Source of the DNA: Balanoglossus misakiensis
Taxonomy: Eukaryota > Animalia > Hemichordata
DNA: 64,000 nt
Direction: 5' to 3'
Assembly (NCBI GenBank): GCA_040954595.2
Contig: CM082593.2
Coordinates: 6,479,579-6,543,578 of the forward strand
Positions within the stretch are counted from its first letter, which is position 1; each line of letters opens with the position of its first letter. The translations under genes and the position numbers were made by a program. Of this stretch, positions 27,901 through 41,063 are shown in pieces. A model generated the notes under the pieces. It ran no database searches. It saw only the letters and a program-made list of their open reading frames with translations, and was not told where the DNA came from.

Positions 27901-30697
27901 CTGTCTCCCACTGGCTATACGTGCCAAACTTGCAAGTTTTAAAAAAGAAAATTAATTTATTGTCGCAAGAAAAATTTCGTGGGATTTGCAGCGTGTAGCT
28001 TTTGATACGCACGGTCGAAACGTATTATCAAACTGACTGACCCAGAGTGGGACACGGAGCTAAATTTAAACCATGGCGTCCGCCCCTGGGAATCTGGAAG
28101 CTCCATCCCTCGCCGACTGCTACTTTGACGATTTACAGTGCCACCACATTTGAGTAGAACGTCGATATTTCTCGATTGTTAATGGCTACCGTACAGACCC
28201 CTCGCACCCCCAGACAAAGCCCAGAGATGCACGTAGAGTCTGCGATATTAATGTCTTCGCCGAACATTAAACTTCTTTTATTGCCATTTGAAACACGATA
28301 TCTAGCAGGGGTCTTGGAGGGCGACTGTTGCAGGATGGCTTTTTCGTTCGACCGTAGCATTGATGAGTGAGTTGTTTTGGACGGTGTAGAGGTCGTTCTT
28401 AAGTAGTAAACACGCTCCGCTCAGGGAAACCAGGTCTGTTTCCCTCGTTGATACACATCGCTCTCCGGAGCATGCGCAGTCACTGTTCACATCACTGGAA
28501 ATTTTTGTCAGACATATAATCTGGTAGATTTTGTTGCCATGGTTATACAAACGAGAGGGTCCCGGACCGCTGCCTGGTAATGATCTTGTTATCACTTCCT
28601 GTTTTTTTTCTAAATATGCTTGTGAACGATGTTTAATATTTCCTGTATAGCAGTCATACTAGTATCTTCCTGTCTGTCTTGGAGTATAACTCAGAACTCG
28701 CCCGGACAGACAGCCACCGATGTCTGTCCGCCCACTCGAACCAGTCACGATCCAGCCGCGCTCGGCCTCACCCGTTTTGCCAGCCCTGCTCGTTAATTTT
28801 CTGCTTCCGTTGGGCGATCAGGGACCGCGTCGATTCCTGGAAATATCACCGTCCATAGTTCCAAGAAAAACACAAGTTACTGTCGTTTTAGCTATGCGTA
28901 ACCACACGCCAGTTCAGTTCCGTTCATTCACTCTCGTTGCTCTTTCACTCCAACAGCGCGGTCCAAGTCCAAGCCTCATTGAATTGTTGCGCTAAAATCC
29001 AAATCATATTTAAGATGATACGCTCAGGACGGCCCACGGCGATTTTGGAATGCCGTGGTGTAATCACTCTCTCAAAGGACAATCATGGATCAACACACGA
29101 ACATGCATGTCTGCGGCCAATTCCGACCGCACGTCATTCATTCTTCATTTCTTCGTCCGCTTCTCTGATATTTATTATCAAAGCAAACTCGGCTGACTGT
29201 ACGCTGTAAATATGTGTACAACTTGTATCTGTCCGGTTTATTGTTTCTGGATCTCGCCCGAGGGAGCTACTAAACACTCTGTTATTTCTGTATCCAAACA
29301 AAAAATGATTTGACGCGTTTAGGTTCGCGTCACGCGGCATTCCAATTGATCTCACCAGAAGCCATTACTCGGAAGCCAGCGACTGCAGGGATGAACACTC
29401 AGCCAAATTGATGTCCAAGATCGCTAGGTCAAAAGTCGTCGCCGGCAAGCCTCTCTGTAATTTGAAGTCAATCACGCAGCGTCGTCTCACATATAGCTTC
29501 GCACGAACTTTCGTGTCGAAATGATTCTTTCTTCACGTAAATTGATCTTCACTGGAGAAGAGTTTGACACAGTGTATAGGGTACAGCCGGTTGTCTTCAC
29601 GTTCTGAATTTACCAGGTAAACTCTGTACAAAAGGTCATTTCCGTATAGCTGGAAGCTTGGTGGCTATATTTATAGTGTGGTAAACTCGTCGACACACCT
29701 GTACATACGCATTACGCGTTCTTAATTTTGAGAGCTGAGTTTTAGGTCCGTACTTTGAATTCAATAGACACGGACATATAGATTATGATATGAAAGTTTT
29801 GACTTTTGGCCAATCATAATGAAATGCATTCGACATGCACAAAAATGATGGCACTGACTACTGTCAAAAGTTATCACTTCCTCCCCTTGAGTAATGAGAA
29901 GTATGATTTTCTGACAAATCAATTAACTGGTAGTTGAAATTACACTGCATATTTACGACAGGGACACTTTCTTCCTATGACAGTCTATTGAACTGTACTG
30001 TGTATGTGGGACAAATCGGATTAGATGGACTCGCAAGCCTATATACATAAATATTTACACTATTGGATTATCGAGATCAGCATGCCACCCCAAAACCACA
30101 AAGTGTCACTCTACGCGCAAAGATCATCGCGCCGTGAAATCTCTTGGGTCAGAAATATGCGCGTGGTTTGAGCTAGCAGTCGACGTCTTTTCTGATGGAC
30201 GTTCCTTCCCGACACTAAACTCGTAAATCGAAAAATCAGCGCGCGGAATTCATCACGAAGACAAGCAGGAGTCTGCGGCAAAAAACGACTAGGCTGGATT
30301 CGCGGGTAATTATGGGTTTTGAATCGGGGGGGGGGGGTTGAGGTGACGTGCGCCATCTGTACTGAACGGAAACTTTCAGACAAAATGAAAGCAACAAACA
30401 TTTTTCTTACCGGCAGGATTTCCCCCTGACAACATGATTGGTAGCTTCCTCTCATCACTTGGCAACGTCTTCTGATGACTTCCTTCTTTTTTTATCATCC
30501 AGGCAAATCTGTCGGATTAAGATAGGAAAAGCTGCTGTTTTAACGGTTAAAGGTTTAAGCAAAATGTTGATCTTAGAAGTTTGGGGTGAAGAGATAAACT
30601 CCAGGATGCCATGTGCGTAGAATCTACGTTGTTTACTAAGCAGTTGATATACGTATTGTGTATTCGATAGTTTGTATTTTCCGTCTGAAACTACTTC

Positions 30698-30761
30698 TTG
30701 TTTCACTTGGGCGGTTTTATGTATTCGTGTTGTTTCACTTGTGCTGTTTTATGTATTCGTG
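30698..30761. repeat. 32-bp tandem duplication
   Basis: TTGTTTCACTTG(G/T)GC(G/T)GTTTTATGTATTCGTG twice. Confidence 0.8.
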
Positions 30762-32397
30762 AATAGTAGAGGGGTTTTCCATTCTAATAGTAACTATGAC
30801 GCGTTAAAGCCCCATTATCTATAACTTTTGGCATTTTAATATTCCGGGTAGTATCGACTGCAGTTTCATGTCAAACCCCCAAAGACATGCTGGAATGCCC
30901 AATGTTAGCTTGTCAACACATGTACATGTGATGGAGAGACCGTGGCGTATACAACCAACAGTTTCATTGGTTGAAAATTTAATTTAAGTCCGGACTAGAA
31001 TCCATTTGTCAACAATAAACGTGACTAGCTCTTACGCGCACACAGGCTATGGTGACGAATACAACATTGGGACGTTTAACATGACAAAAGACGTTGAACA
31101 AGAAACTGCATATGGTACACACAACAAAACCAATGTCGTAGTGGCAAAAAGTTACAGCTAATGTCCCTTTAAACCCATCCCAGCTCGGTATTAAAGAACT
31201 CTCGGGATTTCACCATCATTGTTATTAAACTGGATAGATTCGCCGGCCGCGGATGCAGACTGTGCTCCAGATGTTGGAAATAGGTTGACTAAAAATAAAC
31301 CATTTCTGTCAACTCGGTTCGAGTCGCGTGCACGATCAAGTGGATAAGGCAATTAATAAAGACAAGAGGGAAACACACTCTGGTTTGTGAAATGGAAATT
31401 GGCCTTCTGGCGTGGCCCGATCCCGTCAAACAATTCATGCAATTGTGGTCAGTTGTCCACAAGCGGATATGCTTGACCAAAAACGTCAACATATTGTATT
31501 ACGAAATTGGGGGGGGGGGGACTTTTGGATTTTGTGAAAATGCCCGTGAGCTTAGCGATTTGCAAGAACAGACGTCTGGTACTGCGGTGTGCGGCAGTAT
31601 ATCGGGTCAGTTCAGCGCATCTAAAAGGTATCTGTCATAGAAGTGTGAAAAAATCAATATGGTATATACTAAGTAAAGAACAAATTTGCTGGTTTGGACA
31701 TCGATCCATTCACGGGCGATTCCCATTGGTCAGATTTTCACTATCGACGTTTATTTGGATTTTTTCAAGCGTTGCAGAAATGCGTTTCATCGCGTGCTGC
31801 CAGCCAGCTCCTAATCAGATTCTATCTTACACTTTCTCCCGCTCTCTCACACACCACAGGACAATCTTCAAGCGACTGAGCAGCATCCGGGGCTGTAGCC
31901 GAGTGACGTAAAACACAAATAAACAAACGCAGACGATTGATGAATAACAGAGGGGACATGGGATTAAACAATTTGCCTGCAAACAGCCGCTAATCGAGGT
32001 GAAAATAGTGGCCTCGCCAGACGGCTGAACTCCCAGTCCCCCTCTTTTTTTTCACGGTGATAAATCGTGACAGTTAAATGTTCACTCGACTTCTCACACA
32101 CACAATTTGTGTAACGGACGTCAACGGCGGTGCTTTCCTGACCCTCGCAGTCCCAGAGTAACGACCCAACCGATGCTATTCCATTCATGGTCTGGGGGTG
32201 GCTGGATGGGATAGTATTTCCAGCTGTTTTCCATTACCGCTTCCTAGTCGACCAGCTGAGACAGTTTACTCGCTAGCTTTCCTCAGAGAACCGCACTAAC
32301 TCGACCGGTGGGAAAGTCCTTCAATGACCAGAGATTTTCTTTCCTTTCCAGTTTTAAGGGAACGTTTACACTGGATTTAACCGCAGTGGACTTGATA

Positions 32398-35300
32398 ATG
32401 TATTTGATCTCGTGGAGCTCATCTTCAGCAAGACACGGTAAGTTGATTTTACGGTTTTTACGTACCGTGTCGGGGCGAGTTGAAATCGGTCATGAAGTAG
32501 CCATGGCTTCCTGAATTTTACGATGATTGTATTGCGATAATTAGAGTCTGTTTGCTGCTGTTTTGACGATTTGTCCACCGAAAGCAAATAATCACGAACG
32601 CGAAGTCTTCTAGAGGAGCCCTTCTCCGAAACAACTTCTATGATCTTGAAGAGTTGTCAGTTGAAGGCAAAAGGCAAGACCGTTTTGGTAAACAAAACGT
32701 TATGGGTAATTCATCCCAAATGCCATTTGGTCACGATGGGACCCTATCGCAGTGTAAAGTACGCGTGAAAATCGTTTTAATGGTCGCTTAAATAACTTTC
32801 AAAAGCACTTAACAGTTTCTGTTTAAAATTGTCGACGATTGTACTGGAAAACAGAAGTAAAAATAGGAGGCTCGGACAGTGAGTCCCGATGCACTGTACT
32901 GTCGCCTATTCACCCTGGCTCGTATATCGTCTCGATTTTTTGACAAGAGACCTCCTTTAATGCACGTAAACTGGTCAGGCAAACCAGACCGTCTCAAAGT
33001 TAGAGGGGAGAAAATGCTTTGGGTGGAAATATAGATTGTTTGTTTCATCGTCGACCGACATTCGCAACCGGGATCTTGAGCAGGTTGACTGACACTCGCA
33101 GTGTATGACACACGATCAGTCAGCGCTATGACTAAGCAGGCAAGTACTTGCTGCGTCTTCGGGAAAAAAATAACGGGTGTCGCATGCGCGGGAAGTGAGT
33201 GATAGATCTTTCTGCTGTATACAGTGGTAGGTAGACTCTAGCGACGCCAAGCAAGCGCAAATTATGAACCTGGCAGCGTGCAAATTTTCACGACACGATA
33301 ACGTGAGTCAAAGTACAGCGATCACGAAGATAATCAGCATCGGACGTGCCCCAGGCGATATGTGCTCCAGTGCAAGTCAAACCCAAAACCACTTTCCAAA
33401 CTTCTTTTTCTCCGACAAATCGCGCATGTATCAACACGACAACAAATTTTCCAGTTCGGTAAAAAACAACAGCTAGGACATGTTTTTGTTTCAAAACTGT
33501 TTTGTCCGGAACTGAACTTTGATCACGTCCCTTCGACCTACACGAAGGAGTTTCAGATCTCATCCTATAACTTCCGAAAAGAGCATGTACGGCTGTCGGT
33601 GCTCGATTTCACTTCAGGGCGTGGACGAAAGAACATAAAAACAGTATCTCGTTCCCTCAATCCCTCCCCCTTTATCTCCCCTCTTTCCCGCCTTTAGCTG
33701 TTTTCACCACGGTAGTAATTGTCTCTGACACCCAAACCCGTTTGGGGACGTAAAAATCCGGGGTCCTATTCACTTTTTCTCTCGGTAGGGTGCAACCCGG
33801 GGATGTGCAAAATTAGGTACAGATCCAGGGTACCTTTTTGCCCCAGGCCATATTAAGAAAGCGGTGACAGAGTACGACCTATGCAATCAAAATTTTTAAT
33901 AACAACGAATTTACAATATTAATTTCGGAGGGGTACGGACCACATCGCTACCCTGATGGGCCTGGATTGCGTGTCTAATAAATGCCCGGCCTTGAAACAA
34001 ATTCCGCCCGTTTTCTTAGCCTACGCGGTCCAGGAGTGGTACAATATCCGAGCGCAGCGGGGGAACGTGTTCCGTTTTAATAGAACGGTCCCAGCAACGG
34101 AACCGATGCCTGTTTTATTGAAATGGGACAGGAAGATGGGCTTGCCCAGGCCAGGGTACATTGACCCCGACTTGCTTCTTTTCTTTTCAGCCAAATAAAA
34201 CAACAACGACTTCTCTTCTGATCACCGGCTGATTAAATCAATTTCACGCAGTTAATTAATTCACCCAACACGCCTGGCCAATTTATTAACATTGGCAGTG
34301 CGTATGCGACTATGAACGACTTGTTTATTCCTTATCTAAATCAGAACTCGATTGTTTATGTTCTCAGGATTCCTGTCAGTTATTTTGATATTTTTCGCCG
34401 CGTGGAGAACGCACGGACAGAAAGTGTGCCCGTCTGGATACCAAGTGTTTGAAGCCACGCATTGTATAGGTGAGAAATTACTTTTTCTTCTATACTCTAA
34501 TGATTTCCTCTTTCCCCCCCGATGTTCCTCTGTCGCAGCATCCGACTGTAACTTGAGAAACCGCCACATATAAACAAAGAGTGTTTATCTCCTGTCTTGA
34601 TGTGATGTAACTGAAACGATTGTTTATTGTTGTTTGTCCTTTGTTTATTCGCGCGCACCTGGAGGACGATTTTCCTAATTAATTTGTTTGACGTCAGATA
34701 AGGGCTGGCCACCCACTCTACCTCCAAAGTGTGATTGAGGGCGCTCCCTGGTACATTTACACTACGGAATAGGGGGTTCTTCTGTTTCTGGAACTGGTGT
34801 CTGTTCTTGCACCTAGCGCTCACAAGGAGATAAATACCCCCTTTATTATTTTTTTTATTTCATTGAGCGGCGTGTTTCATAAACAATATTTATAAACAAT
34901 TCGCGACTGGCCAACTGCCAGGCTATTTCAGTATCGCCAAACGTTGGCATATCAAATGTCAGTTTCATACGCCAGGGGAATATTCTGGTTGTATTTAGTT
35001 CATATTTACGTTTCCAGACACGCTGTTGTGGCGCGGGTGTGATAAGCTGGCCAAAATAGTCACGGATGATGTAATTTCCTTTTTGCGCGGATGTTCGCTC
35101 ATTTGTCACGTGACGAGCTTGTTGGTGGTTTTCATAACGGAGCGATAATGGAATGTTCGTGTGGTCATTGGTGAATTCGCGCGAAATCAATAATATGCAA
35201 ATTGGTTAAATAATATACAAATGGTGTTCGTGTGGTCATTGGTGAAACCACGCGAAATCAATAATATGCAAATTGGGTTAAATAATATGCAAATGGTGGT

Positions 35301-38300
35301 TCGTGTGGTCATTGGTGAAAACACGCGAAATCAATAATATGCAAATTGATTAAATAATATGCAAATGCTTACAACACTCTCAGTGATTTCATTGCTTTTT
35401 CGTTCAGAGCCCGTACATTCCAAACGGAATACTATGCTTTGAAGATTAATCACTCGTCGCCTTTTCACGTGAACATAAATTACGTCCTAATGCAGAAAGT
35501 CTTGGCTTATTTCTTCGCGATTAATGTGCGTCTACAGTCATTTTCTGACAACTGAGAGGAAGCCTGCGGCTTTCAGCGTCAAGCTGAGGCGCCGAATGAA
35601 CTCGTTCAATGAGAAATTGTCAGTTATGTCTCTCAGTTCGCTTGTTGTACTCTGAAAATATATCTGTCCGTACCTATCTCTGGCGCTGGCTGCATGGCAA
35701 CGCTGTTTGTTCCAGCCAGGCATTCTAGCCAGCAACTGGGGGCGGAATGTCCAAGAATTTGATTTATGTTCTAATGTGTACAATATTTGTCTTAAACAAC
35801 CCAAACAATGGCGTCTGTTCTAAATTTGATATTCTAACGTAAATAGAACTACTGGGCACCGCGGCCAGTTTTGTGGCGTTTTTGCACGAACTTCGTGCGG
35901 ATGGCATCCTTGGAGATAGACATGTCGAAGTTTTAGTTTTCATGCATACTATTATCCAGACAAGGTTTATTCACAGTGGTTTCAGCAAGTGCAAGAAACT
36001 GCGGTTTACTTCCCTATTCCAAATTTCATGCATGCAAGTCTTATGTAGTCACTGTCTGCAAAGATGTCGTCTACTCTGCAAACTTACGAGCGGGACCGCC
36101 ATGGAAATATTTATTTTAATAATGCGCTGAAAAATCGCTGTCGGTCGCCCGTTCGTGGTATGCCAATAAAATTTGACTGTGTGGAGACGATTGCCCTAAA
36201 ATTGTACTACAGACTTTTATAGATGTCACAGTTTGAAATAATGGGTTCATTGCAGCGCTACCGTCTAAAATATCGATTTCATTGAAGGTTCAGTAACCGC
36301 AACTTTTGCGCTATTTTTCAGCATTTTTTTATGTTTATCACGTAAAGTTTCCTACTCTACTATCGACAATACATCATTTTGGACTTTTTAGAATTTGTTT
36401 AATTTTTTTATTCTCAGATATTGACGAGTGCAGCGGCAACCTCGGCCAGTGTTCGCAGATCTGCACGAACACGCAAGGCTCGTTTCTGTGCAGCTGTTAC
36501 CATGGATACTACCTCGACAGCGACGGATGGACATGCCGGGCTGAAGGTCAGTCACATCCTAGGTCAATCACGACACGTGACCGCGTGGAATTTTCTATTT
36601 TCCCTTGAAGTTCGTTATCCTTCGATCCTTTTCAAATTTATCGCTGTATATCCGCCACCTGTCTTACCACTGTCTCCGCCCACGGCGTACCGCTACACTG
36701 ATGTCCAAACGCGAACGTCTACTGCGCATGTCGCCTTGTTTTCCTGCGATTTCATCTGTCGTCACATCACCAAAACATCAAAATCCAAAAAGTATTGGAC
36801 TCTTTCACTAAATCACTGGCAATGAGCCATACTGAGACGTTTTTATGCCAACTACAAATTTCAAGCGTCTGATGTCACCTCAACCTCGCCCGAGCACTGT
36901 AACCTCGTTCGCGTGTTTTCAACACATGCAGCCCAAATATCCAAATATCAGATGGTATTTGACTCTTACACCGGCATGCGTGCACAAGGCGTTGTTAATA
37001 ATGAGTTACTCAAAATGCAATAATACATCATTTCATTTTAGTGGATTTTTTTCTCTGACCCGTCCTTCGCACTACCCCATGTGGTAAACATACGCACACC
37101 CATTAAAAGGGAACACCACTTTCGTTACTCTAGACTCGACGATGGATTTTAATCACAGCTTTTTGTTTCATGTTATGGATGTTATGTCATGCTCCTGCAG
37201 GTTAACGACATTTGTGGATGAAATGATAGTCTATCAAAGAATCTATCCTGTGTCAGTGTACAGGAATGTTGTTTTCAAAAAAAAGATGACTGAGATTTAT
37301 GTTAGTTCGCTTGATCATTTTCTACTCTAGAGTTCATATTCAGCGTTTGAGTCAGACAAGCAAAAATAAAGTTAGTAGAATCACTGATCTGAACTGTCCT
37401 ATGATAAAACCCTAATATTGTCTGACCACTGTGTTTGAAACACAAGGAATATTTCTCTCACACCTTATACACGTATGTCTGCAATATATCAGGGATGTAA
37501 TTGCTATCTTTGATTAATACATCGCATTTAGGATACCCGTGTTTATTTTAGAAATGTGTCCCTTTTTCCATACCAGGACCGCCATTTTACTTGGTGTTCA
37601 GCCAGGGCACGGACATTTACAGACTCCGACCCGAGGGTATAGGTCACGGTGCCTTAGTGAACGACCTCGGTAAAGCCGTTGCTATTGACTACCACTTCCA
37701 GTACGAAACGATATTTTGGCTGGACGATGTGGACAACATTCTTTACAAAGCTCTCCTGGACGGATCCCAGAAAGAGGTGAGAAAGCGGACATTTTGTTTT
37801 AGTTTGTTTGTGTCATTTTCTTCAATCCTTGGCCGGGGTCATATGACAATATGGCGCATCCATCTCTCTACGGAATTACCTTGATTGATTGATTGTTAAA
37901 CGATTATTAAATGATTTAATGTGCGAATATATTACCTCCATCGAGAAACTGACACATTTGTTTGTGTGTGGTCAGTCTACTTTTCATGGTCATGAGACTA
38001 ATTAATTTTTAAGGTCTCTCAAAGGCCTACTACATACGACTCGGATTGTTCTGGTACTTTTGAGGTATGTTTCACGCGTTTCAACTGTACTGCTCCAAAG
38101 AATCGTGATCACCAGTGGCCGGGGTTTCTCACCATCCACACATGCGCAACGCGTTCTGCTTGACAGAATTAAACAAGCCCCTTATCTAAATCATTGATAC
38201 GACCTGTACTGTGACGTGTTATTTTCACTTGCATCATGTGGCTAGTTACATTCATTTTATTTCATTAACATCTCAAATACTTGGACGGTTTCAAAGATTA

Positions 38301-41002
38301 AATCACTCTGAAAACGGCGACGAAACGTAATTGGCCGTGCGTGGACTATACGTGTTGCTTGCTCAAGTTCTTACACGCTTGGTCCGTGTTGTTGTTTTGC
38401 AATTATGAATGCTCCAATTTACCCGAAGTATTAATCATAAGATTCAGTTCGCGGTGTCACGATCAATTTCCCCATCAGGTTTCAATTAGTTTCAACCTGG
38501 GAGAGTCAAAGTGTGGTAAACAATTCTTTTTTGCTTCCAAGAAAACGGGACCGGAAGGTGCCAAACTTCCTGCGCGCCTCTCTGTCACGAATTCGCGCCT
38601 GATGCATTCCACGTGTAAAAGTCATCACCACCGCAATTGATTTGGAGTTCGTTCGAGTAGTCCTGGTGGTTACATTTACCAGCCCCCCCCCCCCCCCCTC
38701 CCTCTGTTTCTGGCACTCGCATTTTCAGAGCGTCACTCAAAACACTGGCGATGCAGAAATCAGATGGGGAGATAACGCCCACATGTTTGGGGGGAATGTG
38801 CCCTCGAGTTGCGCTCTGGGCCACTCGGCCCACTGCCATCACGTCTCTCGGCAGCTTGTTGTCAGCTCTGGCGAGTTACACAGATGTTTGTCGTGGAAAT
38901 AACCCGGGAGCTACTCGGTGAAATTTGAACCTGACAAATGAATTATCCCTAGTGGGAAAGTAACAGTTTTTAATAAAGGATCACGGCCATAAATCCTGAC
39001 ATGCTTGCGACTGGGGATCAAAACGCCAGCCGGGTCTTATTGAACATGAATTATTATGTTACGACGAGGGCACCCGGGGACGTGAAAGCATTGATGGAAT
39101 TGTTTGTTGATTATGGCCTCGTTACTCAATGGGAACCACCAGAATGCGCGCAAACATCGAGCCAGGGGCGACAGAGACAGAAACAAACTGACAAAAACAA
39201 GCCAAACAAGAAAAGTAAACAACGCTATTAAACAGGCTTGGTTTCACCAACAGATTTCGTAATGCACACGTGTGTGTCCACAGAGGAATTCCTAAAATTC
39301 AACTCTGACAAAACAAATAAACTTTATCTATCCATCCATCCATCCATCCATCCATCCGGCATCCATCCACTAACTCATTAGAGTTGCCCGGATGATGTAC
39401 ATAAACCAGTTATGTCAACCACTGACACTAAAATTGTGCTTTAAACTTACAATTCTCCAGGATATCCTCAAGCTTGGTGACGTCACAGCCGTGGATCTGG
39501 CAGTGGATTGGATCCATGACAACATATACTGGACAGATGCCAATAATAATAATATTGAAATGAGCACCCTGGATGGAACTCAACGTCAAACGGTGGCTCA
39601 TCTGGCGTTGCAACCTCGTGGCCTCGTGGTGGACCCTGTTGATGGGTAAGTGAAATATTTTGGAATTAAGAACTGGTTGCAATAGGCATGTAAAAGTTTA
39701 TCACGAAACAAGAATACAATGCAATGCAATACGACGTAATGCAATGCAATGCAATGCAATGCAATGCAATGCAATGCAGTACAGTACAGTACAGTACAGT
39801 ACAGTACAGTACAGTACAGTACAGTACAGTACAGTACAGTACAGTACAGTACAGTACAGTACAGTACAGTACAGTACAGTACAGTACAGAAGTACGGTAC
39901 AATGCATGTACAATACAGTACAAAAGTTTTCTGCACTATGTATGTAAATAAATAAATAAAGAACTAAACAAATAAACAAACAAAGAAATATAATATTGAT
40001 GGTCGAGAATAACCAGTACATATACATTCACATTTGGAGAAAAATCGCCTCAGGGGGATAAGACCTGTTAAAGTGTATCAAGACGCATTAACAGAGCTTC
40101 AAGGTTCCGGGGTGTCTTTAAGTCAATGTTTTCCTATCTCGTGACCGTGAATGTGAGACTGTGAAAACAAGAGAATGGCTATTTAACCTCAACAGGCTCC
40201 TTGGCTCCAAGTGTAGAAGGAACACGTGTGACTTAAGGATGCTCGGAAATCCGCGTCTGCGCTCGTTAATTCTCGCCAACCGAGACATATTAAGGGCACC
40301 CAGCATTGGTTTTAATGTCCATATCGCAGTGTTTATTTTCACACCAGTCTTTGACCGTGACCGGTGACCTTTGTGGGCCCCCCTCCTAAGCTTCCTGTTA
40401 TGTGACAATACACATCTACTGAATTGGTCAAACACGCACCGAAATTATCCCTACCCATAATCATCATTATTTTGTTGATGTTTCACATTTGCTGTTGGAC
40501 GATTTAGTGTCTGGCGGGCATGCGGCGGGACAGTTTGTGTGTGACGTCATTAATTAGGTTGCAGGCTTGGTTAGTTCTGGATTTCAATGGTAACCGATTG
40601 GAGTCATTGACTCATAGCGTTTTCAGGAAAGGCGCCATGCTATGAAGCGAGTGCAATGTGTTCGGGTGTAACTGTAACACCCCCACGACGAATGCGATGA
40701 CCCTGGGTGAACTTGCCCCCCCCCCCCTCACGCTCATGCATGGTTTGTCTGAGTTTTAATTGGTAATTAATAAGGAAATTCCAAAACTTGCACTAGTTCG
40801 TTTATGAGTGTCCAATAACGCCGGCAGGTTGTGTCGTCACATTCGGCCAAAAACTAGAACTATGGCCAATACCTGTTGTATCTTGGATTGCTGATTGTCT
40901 TTGGGAATTTGGTGGTGGTGGTGGTGGTGGTGGTGGTGGTGGTGGTGGTGGTGGTGGTGGTGGTGGTGGTGGTGGTGGTGGTGGTGGTGGTGGTGGTGGT
41001 GG

Positions 41003-41063
<61 letters not shown>

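Noticed and set aside
35154-35367. CRISPR-like array
   Set aside because: Head-to-tail units with no unique spacers, in a eukaryotic intron and with no cas genes.
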